Position numbers and translations under genes: made by a program
The notes under the pieces: generated by a model
What the model was told of the DNA's origin: nothing
Database searches by the model: none
The model's input: the letters and a program-made list of their open reading frames with translations, nothing else
Part shown: positions 27,737 through 38,990 of the stretch, in pieces
Layout of the letters: each line of letters opens with the position of its first letter
How positions within the stretch are numbered: position 1 is the first letter of the stretch
Source of the DNA: Tubulanus polymorphus
Taxonomy: Eukaryota; Animalia; Nemertea
Reading direction: 5' to 3'
NCBI RefSeq assembly: GCF_964204645.1
Contig: NC_134026.1
Coordinates: 24,648,150 to 24,712,149 of the forward strand
DNA length: 64,000 bases

Positions 27737-29515
27737 CGGATTGTTTTTAGATAAAACCGAACGAAACTAGAGTAAATCCGAAATTATTCATCATTTTGAG
27801 GAAATCGATACGGTCCGATGTCGGCAATGCGCAGAAAACAACTCTGTCGAGATACATCTTCAGGATGATCCCAATACAGCTCGACGCGGCTGCTCAACTG
27901 GTGCACCTGATATACACTGGAGTAGGTCTCCTCCGACACCAAACACTACTGTGCGCTACGTGCTCTGACTGCCACCAATAACCATTCCTGATTGATTCAT
28001 TTCAGTATGGGACAGGACACCAAATAATTTACTTCCGAAACACACCGAAAAATATCCCGTTGCATTAAACCTCGAAACAATACTGAAACAACATTGCCGA
28101 CGAAATATTCAATAATGATATTCCATATAAATCTCGCCGATTTTTCAATGATTTCATAATTTCTCGGTGAATACGCCTCGGAACATAATAATAGAGGCAC
28201 CGCAGAGCTTTCATGTATCGTATCTTATTTATCGGAATAGGGGTGAGTAATGGTGATGACATCATAGTAGCAACAGTTCACCAGTAGGACTAGGTAGATA
28301 CGGTTCAGCGTAGAACCACAAACAATCCTATCTCTAGACTTTTAACAGCAATTAAACAATAATTAGACAAGACAATCTCTAACGACGCAGATGGTCATTA
28401 ACTTAATGAGGCTCCAAATTAATTGGTTTCTCATTATGCGTGCTCGATAGTATTTTTCGATGAATAATTGCAATGCGTCTGAATAATTTGATTCCAGCTC
28501 ATCCGTAATTAGTAATTCCACAATGAGCAGCGTCATGTATATTTGAATAACCAATTCATAAAAATCCTGAGGTCTAAACCCCTAAAGCTTGCCATAAAAT
28601 ATCACCTATAACGCTACATTGATCAACATCGGGATCTCATAAATCATTACATGTACTGTTGTTATCAACCATTATCAGAAAATATGTCTCATTAACGTAA
28701 GAGCATAAACCCATTTTACTATAGCAGGATATGAGGACATTTCTATTCCATTAACGTCATTGATCAGGAATTGCCATTTCGTATTTAATTATAGAAAAGT
28801 ATTGATAAGGCTTTGTCAGTATAATCAGGTGGGCATGATCAACGATTTACCAGTAATATGACATCAAAATACAAATAATAACAAATAGAATATTCTTCAA
28901 AACGTTCAGAATAATTCAAGCACTCATAAAAGCCCTCTCTAAATACAGCTGCCAATCATTGTCTAGGGTCTAACAAGTATGAAAACACATGTATTTGTTC
29001 CCTTTTCAAAATAATGCCATAATATCAGCCAATAGCTTAATCATAATAGAGCATAACATAGGGGCCGTATTCAAAGGTCAATAACTAATTTGACTAATAC
29101 TATAGGTTCTTTTTGAACGAAAAGCTTTTGAGCAACCAGACAAAAAGTTACTGTGTAATGAACCAGTTCTGGTTGTCCTATGTACACTAGAATATTTTCA
29201 GGCTGTTTCAGAACAGTTACAGCTCGACAATGCAACAGACTTAATCAAGCTTAAAAATATATTTCAATATATGCATGTTGTTCAAGTACTTAAATGCATT
29301 CCAATTGATCAGAGCCATTTGTCATGTGAAAAACAGACTGGTTAAAGCTAGGGGCCTACTCAACAATAGAACTCCATCAGAACACACAAAATGGCCCATA
29401 AGTAAAATTGGCCTCAACCACCGGGTTACCATGCCAAAGTTTTTATCAGAACTACCATACAATCTGAAACTTAAAAACATACTAATATCTACTCAAATAT
29501 ACACCTAGGGCCTAC

Positions 29516-29878
29516 CTCTTCATCAGTGATATTGTCAAATTCTTTACACGCTTTTTTCACAGCCAGCAGTAAACTACTTCTATCATCTTCTTTCACGACT
29601 TTATACACATTTATCAGTTCTTCATCAGTCAATGCCTTGAATTTGTCAAGTGAAAAATCGGATGGAAAATAATGCATGAACGGCAACAACTGATGACGCT
29701 CCATGAATGACAAATAAGCCGAATTTTTCCTGATGTGTAAACGTGGTGGTCGACTGGTTTGATGGCGAATTACTACCGGTTTTGATGATGAAATATTTGA
29801 ATCTTCCTCACGAAAAACATCATCCGAATCACCAGCATCCTCGGTCATTTCAACAATACTACTATCTGCCATCATCAT
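29516..29878 (-). CDS. Probable most-distal first coding exon of the MAST gene, encoding a SAM-like helical domain
   Basis: 121-codon ATG-initiated ORF ending GAA GAG|GTAGG (phase 0), compatible with the phase-0 acceptor at 12046. It has an upstream acceptor at ~29945 and a non-coding exon donor at ~31028. FMERHQLLPFMHYFPSDFSLDKFKALTDEELINVYKVVKEDDRSSLLLAVKK follows the SAM pattern. Confidence 0.65.
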
Positions 29879-32800
29879 ATCTCAACACTGGACAAATAAT
29901 TCACAATTCTCTAGGTTAGCTGTCCTCATTCCAGTTCAACAGCTACTAAAAACACATACAAGAACCAGTCATAAGTTTAATGTCTAATGGCTGAAATAGC
30001 TGTCAAATCAAAATAATCGATCTTTTAAAAATTGAAAAAATATTACCTATACTTTAAGATTAGCTTATCAGAAACAGGTAAGGGGGCCTAAACCCTGCTG
30101 ATATGTAATCTGATAATAGAAATGTAATAATATCTCAGTTGGGGAATACTTCTTGCTAATCGCAAAGTTTCAATGTCAACAATATCAGTTGCACGCATTT
30201 AAAAAGCTTTTTTAAAAGGGACTTTTTAAGAGATTCATTTATTTGGAGGATCCTACTTTCACTGAGAACACTCATCGAAGTGTATATACAGCTGGTGGCA
30301 TGATTGACACAGGCATACGTAGAAAGGAATGATTGAAAACTGCAGTCCCTTTTGTGGTGCCGAAGTATACAGTACCGTACGTACGGAACAAATACATTAT
30401 TCATACAATGTATCATAATGTAGGCCTGCTAGATATCTGTGAGCATTCACTGAGATATCATGATTGCTCACAGGCTAGATATAATGGTAAGCCATGAGGC
30501 CTATACACTTTAGTCTTGGAGTAATAAGACTGAATAGGGTTTATGAGTTTTAGTAGCGCGGGTAACCCGTGGACCATCAGAGGCCGACCATCAGACTATA
30601 CGTAAGTCATCTCACAAGCTCACCACCACAGTTGTGATGGTTCCCACTAATGGTTCCCACTAAATTGATGATGATGATTTAGCCACTTGGCCCTTCTGAC
30701 TGTGAAACCAAAAAAGCAATAGGCCCTGAACTGGACATGGAAAGCCCAAGCCGGGATTTTAAAAACTTTTTACTCCAGCAGCTTTGGTAGTGCAGCCTAA
30801 TAAAGAAACATTGTATTGGGATGGTCTTTAGTGGGTCAGACTCTCCCTGAATATTTATGATTTTTGGATAGGCTTAAACGATACAAATGGAGGGAAAAGT
30901 GTGCGATATATTACTATTCTAATCAGTGATGAAGCTAAGTAAAAAAGATGTTTGTGTCGACGACGCATCCATGGCCATCCAACATGAAAATGCGACAAAT
31001 CGCTCCTTTTTAACCGATGTTACGTTACCTATTGCTTTTTGAGACATATTCAGCCGTACTCGTGAAACCTGTTTTATTCAACCACACCAGTTAAATGCAC
31101 TAAGTTCAATTACAACGACCGTTAAAGCCATACGTGTTAACAAAAACCGACTCCAACACACACACCAACCCTACAGCTGATCGGCCATAGTTGCCGTATC
31201 TTCCATTGGTGGCAGCACCTCCCGGTCGATGTCCTGGCATCTGAATTTGACCAGATAAACCCATTGTACCACGGAATAGTTCTATGATAAAACCAATGAA
31301 TGAATAAATGTACTAACTTTTATTCTGAATATTTATTTCATATCTAAACCTCATCCGCACAAAGCTGGTACAATACAAATTTCACATAAAATATATTCAA
31401 AAATTATCATTCTAATGGAATTTAATAAAAAGTACTGGACCCAGATCCACCTTTATTCCCAGTTAAAATCAGTTCATTTTCAATGAGTTAACTCTATACA
31501 TAGTAAAATCTTAACCCTGAAATGTGAAACTGAGTCCAGACCAAAAGACTAGATACACATGGTCAAGATCGAGAGAAGGCAATACATCAACAACAAACCA
31601 TAAGTGATCAAATATCAGAGATTTCTGTTAAAACGGAAACAACAAATATATTATATGTATGTACCTTTACTTGTACAATTTACCTATATTGAAGCAATAA
31701 ATAAGTTAATAGATACTATATATACATATTTACCGGGTATATGTATGTGCTGGCAGCATGGTGGGCAAAACAAATCAGCTTTCAAATCTATAAAAGCCCC
31801 AAATCTTCTAGCATGATTTGATACTATATTAACACCGCATCAGCTGATTAGTCCAATCTAAGTGGACCTATTTCCAGTCTTACATCAACGGTATTTAGAA
31901 AAAAAATGTGAATCTTATCTTAATAGCTTCAATTCGTTATAAACAATAATGTCATAAGTCAACAAAGTTTAAGTTAGATTTATCAACAGTATGCCAGGCT
32001 TTGATTATCATAATAAGAAAATTTCTTATAATAGGAGGGACAATGCTCAACAGAGAATATTTGTTCATAGCTCCTAACACACTGTATTCTATCTATTTTA
32101 CTGAATCTAGCCTTAGTTATCTGCATGAAATTAGTAAAAAGATATTAAGTATACTTAATTTTATAAACTTTACTTAACCATGAGAATCAACTCAAGAATT
32201 ATGTAATCATATTTGTAAGCCCTCAATAAATTCCTCAATGGAAATAGCTCACATAAATAGGAATGATTCTTATTCTGTTAATCATATTGGTAAATTCATT
32301 GAAACGTTAAATGCAAAGTATTGAATTTCACATAGGTCTACCTATCTTTAATTTATTAATTTATCATGGAATGTATGGGTCAGACAAAAATCTATATACG
32401 AAAAGTCAGTAAATGGAAAAAGATTGAAAAACTTAATGACAAACCATTAGCTCCAGAACAATGTGCAAATTGGGAAGACGATACATTTAAAACATCAAAT
32501 TACAACTGACTATTCAAAAGATTGTGATATAGAGATCTTTTTTGCAAAGAATGATGAAAATTACTTCTGTACTACTGGTAAATGCCTTTTATGGTTCAAA
32601 GTGGAATGAATTTGAACATACCGGTACATATATTCAGATGCATTTAATATAGGTGCTCTGGAACCAGGCAAACATTGGGCCGACCAAAGATAGATTTCTA
32701 AGCTGGGGCCCTCCCACCGAAAAATTTGTGAATGGATTGTATACTAAATCTGGTTTGTAAAAAGCCAGCGAGACTGGCAGGAGGTTGTTGCAAAAAATAT

Positions 32801-32935
32801 CTTGGTTGGCAAAATTTTTGCCCTGACCAAGTCATGATATTTCCGGATCCCCTTTATTCATGTAAAATTTAAATATGCGCATGACATAAATTCAGGCCTT
32901 CCTTTTTCTCAGCTGTACTATGCTTCGATAACTTC

Positions 32936-35900
32936 TCACACATCATCAAATATTCCTTTTGGTGGTTTGCGATTTTGTCCATTGCCTAAATTCCTAGACT
33001 GATAACGCCCACTTCCATCTCGGCTGTTCAGTGTCATATCGAATAAACTATCATCTTCATCATTGAAATCAACAGGTTCAGAGTTAAGTAGACTTATACG
33101 ATCGTTAGCCTCGAAACGTGAAAGGTGTTTTGGACTGGTAAACGTATGCCTCGGAGAGTTATGATTTACTGCAATGAGAAAATGATACAAATAGTATAAC
33201 AAAATTACAATATACATGTTTTCTTTTTCAACTCAACCTATCTATACGAAAAAGACAGCAGGACACTATTCTCTACCAGAAAGTAGTAAAATGCAACGTA
33301 CATGTGTTATATGAAGGCGTACCTCTCTTCATCTGTTTAGTGGCATCAGAATCACTTTCTTGATCATCGCGACAATCACCTCCAAATCTTTCATGCCACT
33401 GTTGACGTCGTGTTTCTCTATCTTCCTTCCTTTCCTGGCGCCTTTTCTCTAGAAATATACAATATCAAGGTAACAGAACCGTAGAATTAAAGTTTTTAGC
33501 GGAGAGACTGATATGAACTATAAATTGTTTGTCTATATTTTCACCAAACTATAGACACTATATTGGCAAGTGTTACACATTTGGCTACAGTGTTAAGGAA
33601 TTGAAAAGTGATATGATAGAAATTGTTAAGTCTGACAAAAAAATGATTGATACCTCTATTGATAAATTCTCGACCTTCGTCAATGAGATCTTGAGTCATA
33701 TCATCGTCACCGACAAATTGTTGAAATCCAAGAAAGTGCAGGACTCGACTGCCCAGATAGAAATACGTTGCCAAACATAACAGCAAAATAGCGATTGGAA
33801 AATATATGTTGAAGCCATTAGCAATGAAAGGGATGACATCCATGTGTCCCATGATCTGTAAGAGATTACATAAGACTAGATCAATACAGAAATAGAACTA
33901 CCTAGAAGGGTAACTATAAATCGAAGGTTTAGAGATTGGAAATTTGGCATTAGCAGTTTTGAATTGTTACCCTCGTATAAGCTGTTTCTACAAGATCTTG
34001 AGATTTAGTGATGTGGCTATCTAGATGTATAAGTCCGAGGAAATTCAAACACATCGGCGGTGTAAGACGACAAAGCAACCTTAAGGAAAAGAAAATTTTT
34101 CAAAAGAATTCTTTATATCTCACCCCAGTTTACTCGAAACTCAACACCAGGATCCCTCAAAAAGCCCAACTTACATGCCACTAAATATAAGACTGTTTTC
34201 ATCAGTCTGATGACGAGAAACCAACTGGAAATAATTCAGTACACGTATTTTGAAGATGGTAAAATATGCACAAATACTGATGTATGCCACTGTCAGACAG
34301 CAAGTTACCTAAAATACAGATTCATTCATTATCAGCTTCGGTTTTATGGAAAAAGACTTGTATTTAAGAACCATTCTTACTTCAACTGTGAAATAGTCGT
34401 AGTTTCTTTTGGCCAGGTAAACAAAGTTAGCAAAAATAGACAGGACTGGCTTCGGACAGAAGAATGTACACTCAGACCAAACAACCATAATAGAGACAAT
34501 TATGAGAAATCCCGACAAAAGCTTCATCACCCACGGTTCAATTCGACATCGCCAATACCATTCTGAAATAAATCCATTCTCAATATTAAAGTATCTATAA
34601 CGATTAAGCACTAAACAATGATGTAATATAATCAACATACCAATGGTCGGATTGTAGCAGTACCGGTAGAATATTCCTTCATTTCCAGGATTCCGTTTAA
34701 ACTTTCTATCAGCATTATTTTCATTAGCCACAACGTCTTGTAATCTAAACGCTTGTTCCATCAACATCTCCCACTGGCATTGAGTTCTATGATGATCGCG
34801 TATAGCGCGAATCACACGTTTGTGTAGCCTGACCAATGATTTCACAGTTGGCGTTTCAGTTGGGTTATTTCTCTCCTCAGGATCTGACAATCGCTTCAAT
34901 GCGTATTGTTGAACTGATTCTGGGCACTGTAACGAACACAAAATACAGTGTAAAATGGACATAAAAACAATGGTTTATTCAGACTACATAGTTTCACTGG
35001 TCGTGTTCAGACCAATTAGAGGTATGTGTTTAAAAGATTAAGAGAAATATCTCCAAAAAAAACGATCCCAGTTAAAAATAAAAAGACTTAAGCTTTAATA
35101 ATAATTGTACTGAAATGGTTGAGACCATTTCTTAAATTGGAGAAACTAGATATACGTATATTCTATTTAGACCTACCTTGCTCAGGATGGTCTCAACATG
35201 GGGTCTAAGTGGATTTCCACTACGTATTGATACTACAGCTCTTTTCACTTCCTATCAATAAAATACAAATCTATGAACTCCTAATTACTGTAAAATTAGC
35301 AATATCATACATAAGGCCTAAAGTATTCAATATGTACATACATCCAAAACATCTTCTAAATTTTCTTCGGCTTCGGATTTCTCGGTGCTCAATTTGGATA
35401 CTTTGAATTGAGTTTTCTCTAATCGCTTTCCTTTTTTTGAGTTCTCCCAACACATTCGTGGAACCTCCACTAATGCATATCCGAGTAGTAAAACAAGGAG
35501 ACACAGACCCCAAGTGTTACTGGCTGTGATACCAATAACCTTCAATTTTGGTCTACAATAGTGAAACAAATTGAAAAACATTAGATTACCTTCACGCAAA
35601 CGGCATAAGATCTATCAGACAAATAGCTAGAAATAGACCTACCCATCTAAATTCAAATCAGGTCTAGCAGCAACATAAATCAAGCAGATTCCGAATATAA
35701 TCAAATAAGTTCCGTAGTATATAGCATTTTCAATTAAAGAAGATTTCAGCTTTCCAGCAACAGTAAAATCTCCAGCACTTGCATATGACTGCATCATAGG
35801 CAAAACAATCCTAAAATGTAGAGAAATTTTATTTAGAGAAGAGGCATGCATATGATTTTACCAACTGTCAGGGCCTCAAACTCACCAAGTCAATAACTGT

Positions 35901-36396
35901 GATGTCCAGTAGACTATTCTCCATAATACTGGCAATATATGAGGCTCTACATAACTCCACGGTTTCTTACATGGCATTGGAATCGTTGTAGACATTCCGG
36001 TGTTCTGTGAAACATTCTGGTGATTTGGAGTAAATGTTGAATTTGATGGGTGAGATTTTAAATCAGATGAAGAATTCAAAGAAGGGGCCAATGTTGTTGT
36101 AATAGTGACAGGCATTTGGTGTTCCTTAACACACTGATGATAATACGTCTAAAATAAAGAAAATATAGAAAAATTACAAACATTATTTTCAATAATCTCT
36201 CTCGCAAATAGATTAGACTTACTGATGAGACATCGAGGGGCAGTATGAATATTATCATGAATGAGAAATACCACGCTATGAATGTGGCTAAAGTAACGAT
36301 GACATGTTGTTTTCGCCAGTTTCCATATCGATTCAGCAGAAATGCAGCCAAGCTACCGACAAGTAGTATTTCTACCACTAATGGAGCAACACTCAT
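32936..36396 (-). CDS. LMBRD2: LMBR1 domain-containing protein 2 (multi-pass membrane protein), about 12 coding exons
   Basis: Exons translate to [145 protein letters not shown]. These match LMBRD2 motifs, and all introns are GT-AG and in phase. Confidence 0.96.
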
Positions 36397-36589
36397 TCTC
36401 TCGCTGCAAAAACCCAATAGCTCTGAAAAGATTGAACACAAAGTTTTGTTTTGGTACTTAGCACAGCTGGTAATGATTTGCGATTCAGTCTCTACGTTTT
36501 ACGAATAATTTGCACCATCAAACAATATTAGACTCATAAATTCGATAGATATTCTAGTTATCATAATCAAACGAAGGAATTACACGTAA

Positions 36590-36960
36590 TTTACCTTTTG
36601 CAAATACTATTTTACATCAAATTCATTTTTATACGTCATGTTCGATGTTTGGGTAACACTATTTCTCGTACTGCGGCTTGGACTCACGAGTGTTTGCATG
36701 CCAACCGGGTTGTTTTCCAACTTAGAATAATTTAATGGGACAGTAGGTCTATGAAATCAACTTGAAATTAGCCTTTAATGTTTAAAGATGTGGAAAGTCT
36801 CTAAAAGAAACGTTGAAATCGTACAGAATTTAGTAAGTTTTGATTCGATTTGTAGACGTAGTCTTTCTGTCTGGCTAATTAGCGCCATTGGCCGACTGTA
36901 TCCGCCGCATACACCGTCAACACGCAGTTAAAGAACTTTTTAAAAATCTATTTTCAGTTT
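36590..36960. promoter_or_regulatory. Probable bidirectional promoter between head-to-head LMBRD2 and CRCP
   Basis: The start codons diverge ~740 bp apart. There is a minus-strand UTR donor at ~36593, a plus-strand UTR intron at ~36833-36957, and local CpG enrichment. Confidence 0.5.
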
Positions 36961-37137
36961 TATTTCCTGACTGTTGTAATATCATGGGGATTCGTACTGT
37001 TCGCTGCGTATTACATCAACAAAGATCATCTTGATTATTTAGTGAAAAGTAAATATGGACTTGCATAAATTGAACTGAAAGTTGTCGTGAAAAGTATTTT
37101 TCGAAGAAATTTTGTGGACGTATCTGGAATCGAGATT

Positions 37138-37578
37138 ATGGAAGTTATCGATGAAAACACTGCTTTACTGAGTAATTTTGAAGTGCATCAGTTATTAAGT
37201 GAGATACAACAAAAATTGAAGGGAGAAAAAAAACCCAATAAAAGTCTACAGAATTTAGCGACAATTTCCTATGAAACGATTAAATATTTAGAAAAGTCGC
37301 CTTGTAAAGACCAGGACATCGAATCGCTCGAGCAGTTTATGAAAGCGATTGGACCGTATAATCTTACAAAAGCTGAAAAACTACAGTTGTTTAACCACCG
37401 TCCATCGACCGCCGTGGAAATACAGCTTCTAATCGAAGAGAGCGAAGAGCGTCTTTCCGAAAACCAAATCGAAGAACTTTTAGAAATTACCGCTTCAAAT
37501 ACTGGTGAGGAGGAGCAAATGACTGACACTGTATATGAAAATGAAGATGATAATCCTGACAACGAAATGTTAGAATAG
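37138..37578 (+). CDS. CRCP: DNA-directed RNA polymerase III subunit RPC9 / CGRP receptor component protein; intronless CDS
   Basis: MEVIDENTALLSNFEVHQLL..NLATISYETIKYLEKSPC..LTKAEKLQLFNHRPSTAVEIQLLIEESEERLSENQIEELL matches the Rpb4/RPC9 (CRCP) family. The true start is the ATG at 37138, not the GTG at 37087. Confidence 0.95.
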   Translation: MEVIDENTALLSNFEVHQLLSEIQQKLKGEKKPNKSLQNLATISYETIKYLEKSPCKDQDIESLEQFMKAIGPYNLTKAEKLQLFNHRPSTAVEIQLLIEESEERLSENQIEELLEITASNTGEEEQMTDTVYENEDDNPDNEMLE

Positions 37579-37625
37579 TCAATTTGGGAACACTGAATAC
37601 TTGTGCTCTTTTGAATACTTGAAAA

Positions 37626-37763
37626 ATGGAGGATGATATTTTCTCTGCTCCAGAAAATAACTGGATATTGTATTATGTTTTACTCATGCCATGCACGATT
37701 CCTGTCTTAATCGTCGCCATGTTAATAATGTGGATGGGCAAAGAGTTGTTCATAAACAATTGA
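37626..37763 (+). CDS. PIGY: PIG-Y-like small membrane protein (GPI-GlcNAc transferase subunit Y family), 45 aa
   Basis: MEDDIFSAPENNWILYYVLLMPCTIPVLIVAMLIMWMGKELFINN*. The C-terminal 30 aa align to the PIG-Y signature (human FYSLLLPITIPVYVFFHLWTWMGIKLFRHN*). The start context is strong (aaaATGG). The ORF is below the ORF-track length cutoff. Confidence 0.8.
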   Translation: MEDDIFSAPENNWILYYVLLMPCTIPVLIVAMLIMWMGKELFINN

Positions 37764-38990
37764 GATTACAAAATTTTCTCAACTTAATTGTAGAATTTGA
37801 TTATATTTAGATAACTAGCCTGCCTGATATCCTTTGTTTCCTTAGACTAGTGCGGGTTGACAAAATCGAGATAATATAATGTGAAAATTGTTTATTTATA
37901 GAACATTGAGAAATGTCTCCAAGTCATTATATATGAGGAATCATGCATGACTTTGCTTTTTTATTAATAGTGTATTTCTTAAGAATACATGCAAAATAGA
38001 TATTATTAAATGATTTAGCCTAAATGAAAAAAATCTTTGTTAGAAATAAAGGCAAAATATTTTCTAATAAATCATATGACTTGTGGTACTGATCTAGTTC
38101 ATTAGAGGATTTGACTCAAGTGGAAGAAGTGCAGGTACTCTTGTGTGTGCTGCATATGTGAATGGCAGCCTTCATTAAAACATATGGACTGGGAGGTCTA
38201 CGTGGTGAATTACCAAGTTATCATTGGTGACCAACGATTCTTTGGTTAGTGTCAGTGATTTATTTCCCAAAAGTGCAGACGGTGAAAGGCTTTGGAAATA
38301 AAATTCAATTCGCATGATCTTCTGGAATAAGCTTGTTGGGTTTTTTTTGAAACTGTGTCTTCTGATTGTGCATAAATGTCAAAGAAACTGAATTGAACCC
38401 CAATCTTTTTCTTCGGAACCGGGAAATTTTGACAGCCCGAGATGTGCATGCAGATAAGATCTAACATCGTATGGTGCTGCCACCTGTAAAGGGGCAACGG
38501 GAAATAGTTGTGCATAGTTACGCTCTCTTAGCATTGCAATTATTTCATAAATTTCCTACACATTCCATTTGATAAGGATTTTCAAGCGCAGCTTTACGGA
38601 GATGGAAATGGTTCGTATCGTGGTGGTGTTGCTCAAACTTTTTAAACGTGGTTTATTACCATTTTTACGGCTAAATTTCTAATTAAAAGTACAGTGTATG
38701 ATTGCAAAGCAAGGAATGTGAAAAAATTACAACGAAATTTTATTGAATTTTTGACGTTTAAAATTTGTAGGAAATTTTAGGAAGCAACTTAAACGATACT
38801 CGGTTCTCTATTTTCAGATTTAATAAAGAGGACATTTATCATTTCACCAGTTCATGTGTCAAGACTACTTTAACAAGAAACACAAAGAGTAATGGAAAAT
38901 AATTGTTAAAACCGTCAGTCATCAATTTCATATACTCTCTCTCGGAAATAGCTTTAAGCTCACCTTTTTGGTGGTGTCTCATTACGAAAA

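Noticed and set aside
37087-37137. GTG-initiated N-terminal extension of CRCP in the ORF track
   Set aside because: Artefact of a bacterial-type start codon; the family-conserved start MEV.D begins at ATG 37138.
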